Source of the DNA: Syntrophales bacterium
GTDB lineage: Bacteria; Desulfobacterota; Syntrophia; Syntrophales; UBA2210
Reading direction: 5' to 3'
Length of the DNA: 64,000 nt
Assembly (NCBI GenBank): GCA_963666365.2
Contig: CAXXNF010000002.1
Span: forward strand, 1,792,001 to 1,856,000
The position numbers and the translations under genes are program-made. This document shows, piece after piece, positions 10,226 through 20,381 of this stretch (position 1 is the stretch's first letter; each line of letters starts with the position of its first letter). The notes beneath the pieces were generated by a model. That model did no database searches, was not told the DNA's origin, and was given only the letters and a program-made list of their open reading frames with translations.

Positions 10226-11239
10226 TCATGATAAAATACCGTCGAGGGGGGCGGCACAATGCGGACAGGCGTGCCCTTCCAGGTCTATCCTGTTGACAGT
10301 AAATCCGAACCGTTCGATCAGGAGGTGGCCGCAGGAGGCGCAGAAGGTGTGTTCTCCCTCGTCACCGGGGATGTTTCCTGTGTAGACGTACTTCAACCCT
10401 GCCTCTTTACCAATGTTCCATGCGCGATGGAGCGTTGCGCGTGGCGTCGGCGGGGTATGCCCCATTTTGTAGTGGGCATGGAAGCGGCTGATGTGCCAGG
10501 GGGTTTCGGCCCCCAGTGAGGCGATAAACCGGGCGATATCCCGAAGCTCTTCATCGCTGTCGTTGAGATCGGGAATGATCAGCGTGGTTATCTCTATCCA
10601 GATGCCCAGATCCTTCAGTCTTTTCAGACTGTCCAGGACCGGTTGAAGCCGTGCCCCGCAGTATCTTCTGTAGAAATCATCGCTGAATGATTTAAGATCG
10701 ATATTGGCGGCATCGAGAAAGGGAGGCATCAGCTCGATACATTCCTGCGACATGAAGCCGTTCGACACAAAGACGTTGCCGATGCCGTTCTTTCTGGCAA
10801 GTAATCCCACTTCGGAGGCAAATTCAAAAAATATTGTCGGTTCCGTGTAAGTATACGCGATGGTTCGTGAACCGCTTTGAACGGCCCTCTGTACCACCGA
10901 TTCCGGAGTGCGTTCGCTTCCCATGATTGTTCCTTCATCCCGTGGCATCTGGGAAATGCTGTGATTCTGACAGAAGGTGCAGCGAAAATTGCAGCCCACC
11001 GTGGCGACCGATAGCGAACGTGATCCGGGATAGACATGAAAAAGCGGTTTTTTTTCAATGGGATCAACATTTTCCGCAATGACCATTCCGTAGACGAGCG
11101 TATGAAGTCTGCCGTCCCTGTTTTCCCTCACGCCGCAGACTCCTCTGTGAGAGGGAGCGATAGTACACTTATGCGCGCAAAGATGACAGCGCAGGCGATC
11201 GTCTGAAAGTCTTTCGTAGAGTAGTGCTTCTTTCATCAT
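10226..11239 (-). CDS. amrS: AmmeMemoRadiSam system radical SAM enzyme
   Basis: N-terminal CHLCAHKC...CGVR, DPIEKKPLFH, CNFRCTFCQN. Confidence 0.88.
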   Translation of the reverse strand: MMKEALLYERLSDDRLRCHLCAHKCTIAPSHRGVCGVRENRDGRLHTLVYGMVIAENVDPIEKKPLFHVYPGSRSLSVATVGCNFRCTFCQNHSISQMPRDEGTIMGSERTPESVVQRAVQSGSRTIAYTYTEPTIFFEFASEVGLLARKNGIGNVFVSNGFMSQECIELMPPFLDAANIDLKSFSDDFYRRYCGARLQPVLDSLKRLKDLGIWIEITTLIIPDLNDSDEELRDIARFIASLGAETPWHISRFHAHYKMGHTPPTPRATLHRAWNIGKEAGLKYVYTGNIPGDEGEHTFCASCGHLLIERFGFTVNRIDLEGHACPHCAAPLDGILS

Positions 11240-12009
11240 TCTTTCATTTCCCGTGTCGCTGTGCCAGGTACGCGTTCATTTCCTCCCAGCGACGTCTTTA
11301 TGGAATTTTTTATCGGCTTCTGGAGCGTTCTCCGAGTGAATACAACGGGGAAAGAGACCCCTACAAAGGCGCCGAAGGGATTTTTCATCGGAGAAATTTT
11401 TTCTTCGATCTGTTCCGCAGCGGGGTACCATGAAAGAGGGAAAAAGATCACGCTCCCCCATCGAACGGGCACATCGCCCATAATATGCTTTACCATGCTG
11501 ATGAGATTGAATGGGCCAAGAAAATACGTGACGGATTCCATCGGGGCACAAATCGATCCCGCCTTCCTCAGAGTCGACGCCGAAAAAGACATCCGATTCA
11601 ACACACCCAGAAAGACCCGGTTCCTGCTGACCCGTATGGCTTCGCTGACGGCCTTTCGGATATTGCCTGCCTTTTCGAGGGATGTGATCATGGTAACGAT
11701 ATCGAATTCATTATCAGAAAAGGGGAGATCATCGCAGTCTCCCCGGTAAAGATCGGCCTGTTTCCCCATTTTTTCCCGTGCCGCCTCAAGAATGAAGGGA
11801 GATGTCTCGACACCGGTGACCGTACATCCTTTTCGCTTAAAACGGGCGAGATGATGACCTGTTTTACATCCCACATCGAGCAATCGTTCGCCGGTCTGCG
11901 GTTGGAGAAGCGACATCACGAGCTCACACTCACGCCTGTCGGTATAGGCGCCTGTGGATGACGTGAGCCACCGTTCGTAGGATCTGATTATTTCTTCATC
12001 CCGGCCCAT
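11236..12009 (-). CDS. class I SAM-dependent methyltransferase
   Basis: LLDVGCKTG; LPFSDNEFDIV. Confidence 0.8.
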   Translation of the reverse strand: MGRDEEIIRSYERWLTSSTGAYTDRRECELVMSLLQPQTGERLLDVGCKTGHHLARFKRKGCTVTGVETSPFILEAAREKMGKQADLYRGDCDDLPFSDNEFDIVTMITSLEKAGNIRKAVSEAIRVSRNRVFLGVLNRMSFSASTLRKAGSICAPMESVTYFLGPFNLISMVKHIMGDVPVRWGSVIFFPLSWYPAAEQIEEKISPMKNPFGAFVGVSFPVVFTRRTLQKPIKNSIKTSLGGNERVPGTATREMKE

Positions 12010-12094
12010 GGTCTTAGTTCACTCTTTGCCCCAGAGTTTCCAGCACACTGATGAGCGGGCATAACCCACCTATGATCCCTGTGATGTATATACG

Positions 12095-13087
12095 CTAGCC
12101 ACCGATTGCGGACATGCCTCTCACGCATTTTTTTCTTGATGTCTGATAAGAGGGACCATCATAGGATTGGGGTTTTTTGCTGATAATATCGCTGATAAGC
12201 GCTCGCAGATGACGATCGCTGCACCCCTCCCGCAAGGGGGTTTTCAGGTCCACTGACGGCTCATCCGAAAAGAGACAGGCCCTCAAATTGCCGTCCGCAG
12301 TTAAGCGAAGTCTGTTGCAGGATTCGCAGAACTGATGACTCATGGCGCTGATGAAGCCTAGTTCACCCCGGGCGCCCTCAATTTTGACTACGCGCGCCGG
12401 GCCGTGAGCTTCGTCCCTATTTCTGCCGAGATAAACCAATCGGTGGATCCGTTTTAATTGTTCTATAATCACATCGTTTGAGAGGTGCGTAAACTGCTCG
12501 TCCATAGTTCCGCCAATAGGCATATACTCTATAAATCTGACTTGATAGGGACGCTCCAGCGTGAGCCCGGCGAAGTTTTCTATCTCATCGTTATTGAAAC
12601 CGCGGATTCCCACAATGTTGATCTTTATCGGCGCAAATCCCACTTGATGTGCCTTTTCGATGCCGCGAAGCACCCGATCGAGGTCACCGCCGCGAGTGAT
12701 TTTTTTGTACTTTTCAGGGATCAGTGAATCAAGACTTACGTTAATGCGGCGGATGCCTGCATCGAAAAGGGGTTCGGCAAATTCTTCAAGGAATATCCCG
12801 TTTGTGGTGAGGCTTATGTCCCGAAGACCTTCCACTGTGCCAAGCTCGGCGAGAAAATCCACCACACCACGACGCACCAGGGGTTCGCCCCCGGTAACTC
12901 GGACCTTGATAATACCGTTTTTTACGGCCACATTTACTATTCTGAGGATTTCTTCATAACGGAGAATATCCTCGTGTCCGATAAAAGAAAGCCCCTCTTT
13001 GGGCATACAGTATATGCAACGCAGGTTGCACCTGTCGGTGATGGAAACCCTCAGGTAGTTGATGGTTCGATTATATCCGTCAATCAT
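12095..13087 (-). CDS. moaA: GTP 3',8-cyclase
   Basis: YLRVSITDRCNLRCIYCMP, FCESCNRLRLT, C-terminal MSAIGG. Confidence 0.96.
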   Translation of the reverse strand: MIDGYNRTINYLRVSITDRCNLRCIYCMPKEGLSFIGHEDILRYEEILRIVNVAVKNGIIKVRVTGGEPLVRRGVVDFLAELGTVEGLRDISLTTNGIFLEEFAEPLFDAGIRRINVSLDSLIPEKYKKITRGGDLDRVLRGIEKAHQVGFAPIKINIVGIRGFNNDEIENFAGLTLERPYQVRFIEYMPIGGTMDEQFTHLSNDVIIEQLKRIHRLVYLGRNRDEAHGPARVVKIEGARGELGFISAMSHQFCESCNRLRLTADGNLRACLFSDEPSVDLKTPLREGCSDRHLRALISDIISKKPQSYDGPSYQTSRKKCVRGMSAIGG

Positions 13088-13166
13088 GCAATTCGGTACA
13101 ATCCTTTACGTGTGTTTCGCTAAAGTAGCTCTGTCTATCACAGTTTGTCTTGCAAGGCAAGAATCC

Positions 13167-14591
13167 TTAGATTCCCAGACGCGCCCGATATGAAACGGTT
13201 ACTTCGCCGTCTTTTGCAACGGGAATGTCAAAACGGACCGTGAAGGCGTCAACCTTCCGATAGGGGTGACTGTTGCCGGTGATTTCCCAGTTGCCGTAAA
13301 TCGGTTCGATAATGTTTACGGTAATGTCTTCCGCCTTGTGGTTTTTCAGGACAATCTCCCACTCCGATTCAAAAAGCCGCGACGTGATCTGACGGAAATC
13401 GGTTTGCGTTCTCTCAGCCACGATATCAAAGGCCTCTCCGACCTTCAGCGTCACCGTCTCATCTTTCGGCGTGTGAATGATTGAGTCCTCGCCGATGAAC
13501 TGCTGGCTTCCGGCGGCATCCTTTTTGTAGAGGCGAATCACGCCGGCCGGAAGCGGCACGCCCAAATTGTTTCCCGCGGCATTCATGAAGGAGATATGAA
13601 CCTCCACCGGCTGTGTATGCTTCTTGCCGGCATAGGGGCGGGTGAAATATCCCTTCGTACCATACACGCTGTAAGTCTTTGTCACTCCCACAGGGGCAGC
13701 CTCCAAAAGACTGATCTGCTTCGTCTGGTTGTTCTTGATGGTGGTTCGCCGCAGGAGATCGTAGATATGATATTCGAAAAAGGGCTGTTCTTCGAACTGA
13801 GGCGCCGCTTTGGCGGCCAGCAGTTCTCTTCTTACGGCCATGTCGGCCTGCGGCGCCTTTACACGGTTCACTTCTCCGGCGATCAGCTTGAGTTTCGCAT
13901 CACGATAGGTGGCGCCGCTTTTGTTGTCGATGGTGACCCACCCTGCGAGCTCCGAAGAGATATCATCTTTGTCGAGAACCATGACATAATCAGCTTTCCA
14001 GTCAATGTTCCCGGTGAGGTAGGACACCTCAATCTGCTGCGGCGTTGCCGACCGACTTTCAAAAAGCCAGGTAAGCGTGGGCTTAGCAATCAAATTTTCC
14101 GGAATCTCGGGAAGGACCTTAATGCCGGGGTGTCCGATGTAAATCTCGCCGTCGATCCGGTAAATCTCATCTTCGTTATTACTGAGGAGAGTGGCTTCAA
14201 CGACATCTTTTCGATCCTGGTACCTGTTCCAGTCGACGATCTTGATTTGTTTCCCCACATACTTGTCGAGAAGCTTTCTGCCGTTCATAAGATCGTATTC
14301 ATAATTTTGTTCCAGAATTCTCAATGCCTGGGGTGTTCCTGCCGAGGATACATGAACCGTCACGGGCATGATGTGGGCCGCCACATCCATAAAGCGCAAT
14401 TCTCCCATGCCGGCGTGAAGGGACACGGTCCTTGTGTCCTTCACGAGGCCTATATTGCTGTTGTAGACTGTTATTTCCATCGCGTTCTGATCGTCGGCGG
14501 TGCTTTTCAAAAGGGGGATCTCTGCCCACACGCCCGTGGCGAAAAGAAGAGCGAACAGACATACAATACCGTATCTGAGCTTCATATGCAT
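13167..14591 (-). CDS. secreted DUF4139-domain protein
   Basis: signal peptide after AGGAG RBS; ITVYNSNIGLVKD, EQNYEYDL, WKADY, LPAGVIRLY. Confidence 0.82.
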   Translation of the reverse strand: MHMKLRYGIVCLFALLFATGVWAEIPLLKSTADDQNAMEITVYNSNIGLVKDTRTVSLHAGMGELRFMDVAAHIMPVTVHVSSAGTPQALRILEQNYEYDLMNGRKLLDKYVGKQIKIVDWNRYQDRKDVVEATLLSNNEDEIYRIDGEIYIGHPGIKVLPEIPENLIAKPTLTWLFESRSATPQQIEVSYLTGNIDWKADYVMVLDKDDISSELAGWVTIDNKSGATYRDAKLKLIAGEVNRVKAPQADMAVRRELLAAKAAPQFEEQPFFEYHIYDLLRRTTIKNNQTKQISLLEAAPVGVTKTYSVYGTKGYFTRPYAGKKHTQPVEVHISFMNAAGNNLGVPLPAGVIRLYKKDAAGSQQFIGEDSIIHTPKDETVTLKVGEAFDIVAERTQTDFRQITSRLFESEWEIVLKNHKAEDITVNIIEPIYGNWEITGNSHPYRKVDAFTVRFDIPVAKDGEVTVSYRARLGI

Positions 14592-14684
14592 TCTCCTTCC
14601 CTTGTTTTCAAGTACCTTAAAGAATACCATGTTTCGAGGATGAAGAGCAGCGTTCTTTTGTATGACACGTTGAGACAACTGATT

Positions 14685-17297
14685 TCATCTCACACCGGAT
14701 ACTTTCTGTAAAATGTATATGACGTCCCCCGGGTCTATTTTGTTGTTCTTGTTAAAGTCGTAAGAAAAAATATTGTCCGTAAGTGTGATGGGTCCGTCCG
14801 GTGCCATTCCTGCGATCAGACGCAGCACAAGAATCGCATGGAACAAATCCACGGGGACAAAGGCGTCCATTTTCATGAAAAAGGCGTCTGTGCCACCAAA
14901 ATAATTTTGTTCCAGGAAAGATCCATAGGTGAAGCCTGCCGTCAGCAGTGTGCCATCGCTGCTGAGCGATACCGCCTGAGCATAATCCGCAAATAATCCT
15001 CCTCCCAGCTGTCTATTCCAGAGCACGTTACCGCTGCCGCTGTATTTCCTCACCAGTGCATCGGGCCCGGAAGCGCCCACCACATAGACATCTCCCCAAG
15101 GATCTATCGATATGTCGCGAATTTCGTCCATATAATCCCCTGCGGCGCCAAACTGGTCTGTCCATAATTCGTTTCCTGCACTGTCATACTTGCGGATAAA
15201 CGCATCAAAGGGAGGGCCTTCGAATGTTTTCCCCGGTAAGGCGCTGTCCGTTCTCCCTGCCACGTAGACGCCGAACCGGCTGTCTACCTCCACCGCCAGT
15301 GCATGGTCCTCTTCGGGGGTGCCGAACTGGCGTGTCCATAGTTCAGTGCCGCTGCTATCGTACTTGCGCACATAGGCATCAGATCTGCCCAGATAGGTTT
15401 GTCCGGGAAGCGCCGAATCGGTTATTCCCGCAAAATATATGTTATGCCGACTGTCGACGGCAAAGCTTGTAGGCTCTGTGATATCGTTCAATTGCGTAGT
15501 CCAGAGCATAGTGCCTTCGGCATTGTACTTGTGGACGTGGGTATGTCCTCCGGCGTAGATTTCATGGGAGTACCAGGCAATATATACATTGTTGTCATCA
15601 TCCAGTCTTACTCCTATTGCCTCATCGGGAGCCTCGGTACCGAACTGGCGTGTCCACAGCTCCATACCCTGTGTGTCATATTTGCGTAAGAATACGTCCG
15701 GCGCTCCTGTGTTTGTCTGGCCGTGCAATGCACCGCCGGTCGTGCCCGCTATATACTGATTGCCTGCTCCATCAACTGCAAGATCACTGACCATTGTTCC
15801 CATGCCTGTGCCGAATTGCACTGTCCAGCGTCTTTTACCGTCGCGGCTCCACTTACTGACAAAGGCATCCCATCCCCCGCTCCAGGAACTATTCTCGTAC
15901 CCAGGAAATTCACCATACGTTTTGCCGGCAACATAGACATTCCCTTTGCCATCGATACCTATGGCATGTGCCTCATCTTCGACGTTGGTGCCAAGCTGCA
16001 GAGCCCAATCAACCCCTGCGGGGAGTGAGTGCGATGCTGCCGGAATATCGGATAAGCCCATGAGGAATAGATCTGATCCTCCCAGGTGGGTCTGGCCCGG
16101 GAGGGCGCCATTGACTATTCCGACCATATAGATGGCACCATCTGGACCTATCGCGATGTCATCGGCGGAATCGGCACCACCCGTGCCGAACTGCCATGTG
16201 ATAATTTCATTCGCTTCGCTATCACATTTGGTGACAAAGGCGTCTTCTCCGCCCACCCCGATCTGGCCTGGAATACCGCCATATCGCGTTGAACCTGTTA
16301 TCAAAAGGTTGCCGGCATTATCTATTGCCATCCCCGTCGCGTATCCCCAAAAGGGACAAAGCCACAGTTCGTCACCATTCACATCGAATTTGGCAACAAA
16401 ACTGCCATTCAACTGTCCTGCCACATAAATTTTGCCGTCAGGACCACGCGCAAGTCTCAGAGCTGAGTCGGCAAAGGCAGTGCCAAACTGCTGCGTCCAT
16501 AGTTCGTTTCCTTCACTGTCGTAGGCACGGAGGAAGGCATCTGCATAGCCCCGGTTCGTATGACCGGGGAAGGCGCCGTATGTATATCCTGCCACATATA
16601 TTCTGTTATGTTCGGTATCCGCCATAACATCAACGGCGACATCTTCGCTCGGTGTGCCGAATTGATATGACCAGAGCCGGATGCCGCTGCTGTTGTATTT
16701 GGTAATGAAGGCATTCGAATCGGTCCGTCCCGTAATGTAGGCATTTTCCTCACTGTCCAGGCTTACTGCGAGGGGCTCGTCCTGGTTTTCGGTGCCGAAC
16801 TGGCGCGTCCAGAGTTCCTTTCCTGTTGCATCATATTTGCGGATGAACGCATCGTGCTGTCCGGAGTGTGTCTGGTCAGGGAAGCTTCCCCCGGTGGTCC
16901 CTATCACATAGGCGTTTCCCTCACCGGTCACGGCAACGTCACCGGCACGGTCGCCCATGGCAGTGCCGAATTGACGTATCCAGATCAGTTCACCATTGCT
17001 GCTGTATTTCATTGTATAGGCATCTACGTCTCCAGATCCACTTTGCCCCGGAAGAACGCCGATGGTCCATCCGACGACATACAGGTTGCCCGAATTATCC
17101 ACTCCCACACCGGTGGCGTTGTCCTCGGTCGTTGTGCCTGTCTGTTGAATCCAGGAGATATCCGCACCGGATACTGTGGGGAACATGATGCCTGTCATCA
17201 GCACGAGCGTCACTGCTGCCAGTGCAAATATTTCCGCGCGGTGTATCATGGAGATGGGGTCAGCCTCCTGTTGCAGCCTCTTCCGCGTTTCTTTCAT
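14685..17297 (-). CDS. SBBP-repeat double beta-propeller protein with C-terminal dockerin-like tail
   Basis: many DAFIRKYD..G.ELWTRQFGT repeats; tail DFNKNNKIDPGDVIYILQ; start codon uncertain. Confidence 0.85.
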   Translation of the reverse strand: MKETRKRLQQEADPISMIHRAEIFALAAVTLVLMTGIMFPTVSGADISWIQQTGTTTEDNATGVGVDNSGNLYVVGWTIGVLPGQSGSGDVDAYTMKYSSNGELIWIRQFGTAMGDRAGDVAVTGEGNAYVIGTTGGSFPDQTHSGQHDAFIRKYDATGKELWTRQFGTENQDEPLAVSLDSEENAYITGRTDSNAFITKYNSSGIRLWSYQFGTPSEDVAVDVMADTEHNRIYVAGYTYGAFPGHTNRGYADAFLRAYDSEGNELWTQQFGTAFADSALRLARGPDGKIYVAGQLNGSFVAKFDVNGDELWLCPFWGYATGMAIDNAGNLLITGSTRYGGIPGQIGVGGEDAFVTKCDSEANEIITWQFGTGGADSADDIAIGPDGAIYMVGIVNGALPGQTHLGGSDLFLMGLSDIPAASHSLPAGVDWALQLGTNVEDEAHAIGIDGKGNVYVAGKTYGEFPGYENSSWSGGWDAFVSKWSRDGKRRWTVQFGTGMGTMVSDLAVDGAGNQYIAGTTGGALHGQTNTGAPDVFLRKYDTQGMELWTRQFGTEAPDEAIGVRLDDDNNVYIAWYSHEIYAGGHTHVHKYNAEGTMLWTTQLNDITEPTSFAVDSRHNIYFAGITDSALPGQTYLGRSDAYVRKYDSSGTELWTRQFGTPEEDHALAVEVDSRFGVYVAGRTDSALPGKTFEGPPFDAFIRKYDSAGNELWTDQFGAAGDYMDEIRDISIDPWGDVYVVGASGPDALVRKYSGSGNVLWNRQLGGGLFADYAQAVSLSSDGTLLTAGFTYGSFLEQNYFGGTDAFFMKMDAFVPVDLFHAILVLRLIAGMAPDGPITLTDNIFSYDFNKNNKIDPGDVIYILQKVSGVR

Positions 17298-17663
17298 GTG
17301 GTTGGGTTCTCCGTTTATGAGTTGTTTTTTCAAAAAACGCGACTCTATTTTCTCACTGTTTTTAGAGGCAATCAATAGTTAAGTTGAAAGACAACGACCT
17401 GTGGCAAACAAGGAAATACTGCCGTGGACATTGCTGCATCAATTTCTGTCAGACAAAGACCGACGGGATGTAGGATGACACCCCCTTTTTAATTCAGACG
17501 AATGCCGATACCCAAATAATTAATTTTACTGTATTCGACCATTGTCTCAGGGCAAAGCAAGCGATGGCTGCTGCAGTTAACCCGACACGCAGGTCCTTTG
17601 CGCAGAACCCAGGTTCTGACGCCTATGGCGCGTGCCCGAAAATAAAGGAGAAGGAGGCGAAAA

Positions 17664-19637
17664 ATGGCTGATATTAACGAACAAGATTTTTACAATAAGG
17701 TGTTTCCCGTTCCCGAACGAGTGCGAGAAAAGTCCTATATCAAGGGAAGAGGAGAATATGAAAGGCTGTACAAAGAGTCAATTGAAAACCCCGATGCCTT
17801 CTGGGCGCGAATGGCCGAGGAAAGGCTGACCTGGTTCAAACCCTTTGACAAGAATAAAGTTTCCGATTGTTCTTTCGGCGACGATCTCCACGTAAAATGG
17901 TTTGAAGGGGGCACACTGAACGTAAGTTACAACTGCCTGGACAGACATCTTGAAAAAAAGAAAAATAAAGCCGCCATTATTTTTGAAGGAAACGATCCCA
18001 GCGACTGGAAAGTGTACACTTACTTCGACATGTACCGTGAGGTGAACAAGTGTGCAAACGTACTGAAGGGGCTGGGGGTCAAGAAAGGGGATCGCGTATC
18101 AATCTATCTTCCCATGATTGCCGAGCTCGCCATTGCCATGCTTGCCTGCACCAGAATCGGCGCAGTTCATTCCATCGTCTTCGGAGGGTTTTCCGCCGAA
18201 GCGTTGAGGGATCGCATCAATGACTGTAAGGCCGAAATCCTCATTACCTGCGACGGCACTTACAGAGGCGCGAAGGCGGTGCCCCAGAAGGCCAACGCCG
18301 ACAAGGCCCTGGAGGAATGCCCTTCGATAAGAACGCAGATCGTGGTAAAGCGCACCGGGCTGGAAGTTCCCATGAAGGAGGGACGGGATCAGTGGTATGA
18401 AGCATTGATGGCCGATGCCGCGCCCTATTGCGAGCCAGAAAAAATGGATGCGGAAGATCCCCTCTTTATTCTCTATACATCAGGTTCCACGGGACAGCCG
18501 AAAGGCGTGCTGCACACCACCGCCGGATATCTCCTCTATGCGTCCATGACTCAGCAGCTTGCCTTCGACGTGCGCGATGAGGATGTGTATTGGTGCACGG
18601 CCGATATCGGCTGGGTGACGGGACACAGCTACGTGGTATATGGACCACTCTGCAACGGTCATTCGAGCATCCTTTTCGAAGGCGTTCCCAGCTATCCCGC
18701 TTATGACCGGTTCTGGGCCGTCTGTGAAAAATACAACGTCAACAACTTCTATACCGCCCCCACGGCGATCCGCGCCGTGGCCAAGGAAGGCGACGAATGG
18801 GTAGATAAACACGACCTTTCCTCCCTGCGCGTTCTGGGGTCTGTCGGCGAGCCGCTGAATCCCGAGGCGTGGTGGTGGTATTACAATAAGGTCGGCGGCG
18901 GTCGATGCACCATCGCCGATACATGGTGGCAGACCGAAACGGGCGGCCATATGATTCTTCCTCTTCCCGGCGCAATCGACATCAAGCCCGCGAAGGCCAT
19001 GGTTCCCTTCTTCGGGGTTCAACCGACGCTTTTGAGCGAAGACGGAAAGGAAATTGAGGGCCCCGGATCGGGTGCGCTGTGCATTAAGGCGGCCTGGCCC
19101 GGCATGATGCGGGGCATCTGGGGCGATCAGGGGCTCTTCAAGGAAAATTATTTCTCCCAGTTCCCCGGCTACTACTTTTCCGGCGACGGCGCCGAGCGCG
19201 ATGAAGATGGAGATTACCGTATCACGGGCCGTGTTGACGATGTCATCAACGTATCCGGCCACCGCATGGGCACCGCTGAAGTCGAAGCGGCCTTGACATC
19301 GCATCCGGATGTTGCCGAGGCGGCCGTGGTGGGTTTTCCCCATGACATCAAGGGACAGGGGATCTTTGCCTATGTCACGCTCAATAATAATGTAGAAAAA
19401 ACGGAAGAACTGAAAAAGAAACTTGTTGCCCACGTGAGAACCGAAATCGGACCGATAGCCACACCCGATAAGATTCAGTGGGCCGAAGGTCTCCCCAAGA
19501 CCCGTTCAGGAAAGATTATGCGGCGTGTGCTTAGAAAAGTGGCGGCAAGGGATTTCACTGACTTCGGCGACACGTCGACCCTGGCCGAGCCGGGCGTTGT
19601 CGACGATCTCGTGTCCGAGAGAAAGAAGATCGCGTAG
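17664..19637 (+). CDS. acs: acetyl-CoA synthetase (AMP-forming)
   Basis: YTSGSTGQPKG, DTWWQTETGG, PKTRSGKIMRR. Confidence 0.97.
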   Translation: MADINEQDFYNKVFPVPERVREKSYIKGRGEYERLYKESIENPDAFWARMAEERLTWFKPFDKNKVSDCSFGDDLHVKWFEGGTLNVSYNCLDRHLEKKKNKAAIIFEGNDPSDWKVYTYFDMYREVNKCANVLKGLGVKKGDRVSIYLPMIAELAIAMLACTRIGAVHSIVFGGFSAEALRDRINDCKAEILITCDGTYRGAKAVPQKANADKALEECPSIRTQIVVKRTGLEVPMKEGRDQWYEALMADAAPYCEPEKMDAEDPLFILYTSGSTGQPKGVLHTTAGYLLYASMTQQLAFDVRDEDVYWCTADIGWVTGHSYVVYGPLCNGHSSILFEGVPSYPAYDRFWAVCEKYNVNNFYTAPTAIRAVAKEGDEWVDKHDLSSLRVLGSVGEPLNPEAWWWYYNKVGGGRCTIADTWWQTETGGHMILPLPGAIDIKPAKAMVPFFGVQPTLLSEDGKEIEGPGSGALCIKAAWPGMMRGIWGDQGLFKENYFSQFPGYYFSGDGAERDEDGDYRITGRVDDVINVSGHRMGTAEVEAALTSHPDVAEAAVVGFPHDIKGQGIFAYVTLNNNVEKTEELKKKLVAHVRTEIGPIATPDKIQWAEGLPKTRSGKIMRRVLRKVAARDFTDFGDTSTLAEPGVVDDLVSERKKIA

Positions 19638-19696
19638 GAGACATACCTTTAAGAATTATCAATAGTTGAAGCACCATTTATAGTGGCGTTCAGGCG

Positions 19697-19728
19697 AGAG
19701 GCCGGAATTGATACCGGCCTCTTTTTTT
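19697..19728 (+). terminator. rho-independent terminator
   Basis: AGAGGCCGG-loop-CCGGCCTCT followed by a T run. Confidence 0.8.
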
Positions 19729-19760
19729 GTGCATCGGCCCCGGGACGATTCATTTGGGTC

Positions 19761-19814
19761 TTGACATTTTCACCGTGAAGTGTAAGGATGCTTAATATTG
19801 TTAGAGGTATCTAA
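19761..19814 (+). promoter_or_regulatory. sigma70-like promoter with DtxR/MntR-type palindrome
   Basis: TTGACA at 19761; TTAGAGGTATCTAA palindrome at 19801-19814, upstream of a DtxR-family gene. Confidence 0.5.
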
Positions 19815-19830
19815 AATAAAAGGTCCCCCC

Positions 19831-20346
19831 ATGAAAAACAGGCGCAAAATTATGCTCACTGCAACAATGGAAGATTATCTCAAGGCGATTCTTACTCTTG
19901 AAACGTTGAAAAAATATGTGAGGGTGCGAGATATCGCACAAAAAATGAATGTGCGGGTGCCCACGGTCACCAGCATGATGACTACTCTGGCTGAGCGGAA
20001 TTTGGTAAGCCATGAAAAATATGAACATGTTGAGCTGACAGGCGAAGGAACGCGCATTGCTCGTGAAATACTTGAGCGGCACACGACGTTACGGAAATTT
20101 CTTGTTGAAGTGCTGCGTGTTGATGAGAAAACGGCGGAAAAAGATGCCTGTGAGATGGAACATGCGGTGAGCACTCTCACCCTGGCACGGTTGGTTGCCT
20201 TTATGGAGGTGATAAAGAACTGTTCGAGCAGGAAGAAAGACAGCGGAGGAAACGCAAGGGAATACGCCCATGATTTTGTTGATTGTCTGGAGAAGATGAA
20301 ACGTATCAAAGAGGATTCACGGAGCGGCGTACATATCTGCCGTTGA
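19831..20346 (+). CDS. DtxR/MntR family metal-dependent regulator
   Basis: MEDYLKAI, HTH, DACEMEH. Confidence 0.9.
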   Translation: MKNRRKIMLTATMEDYLKAILTLETLKKYVRVRDIAQKMNVRVPTVTSMMTTLAERNLVSHEKYEHVELTGEGTRIAREILERHTTLRKFLVEVLRVDEKTAEKDACEMEHAVSTLTLARLVAFMEVIKNCSSRKKDSGGNAREYAHDFVDCLEKMKRIKEDSRSGVHICR

Positions 20347-20381
20347 ATATAATAGAAATAAAATAAAAGGAGCGTTACACA

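Noticed and set aside
13596..14711. Long antisense ORFs (also 6527-7453, 18480-19433, 26145-27047)
   Set aside because: They are shadows of well-supported genes on the opposite strand and have no motifs of their own.
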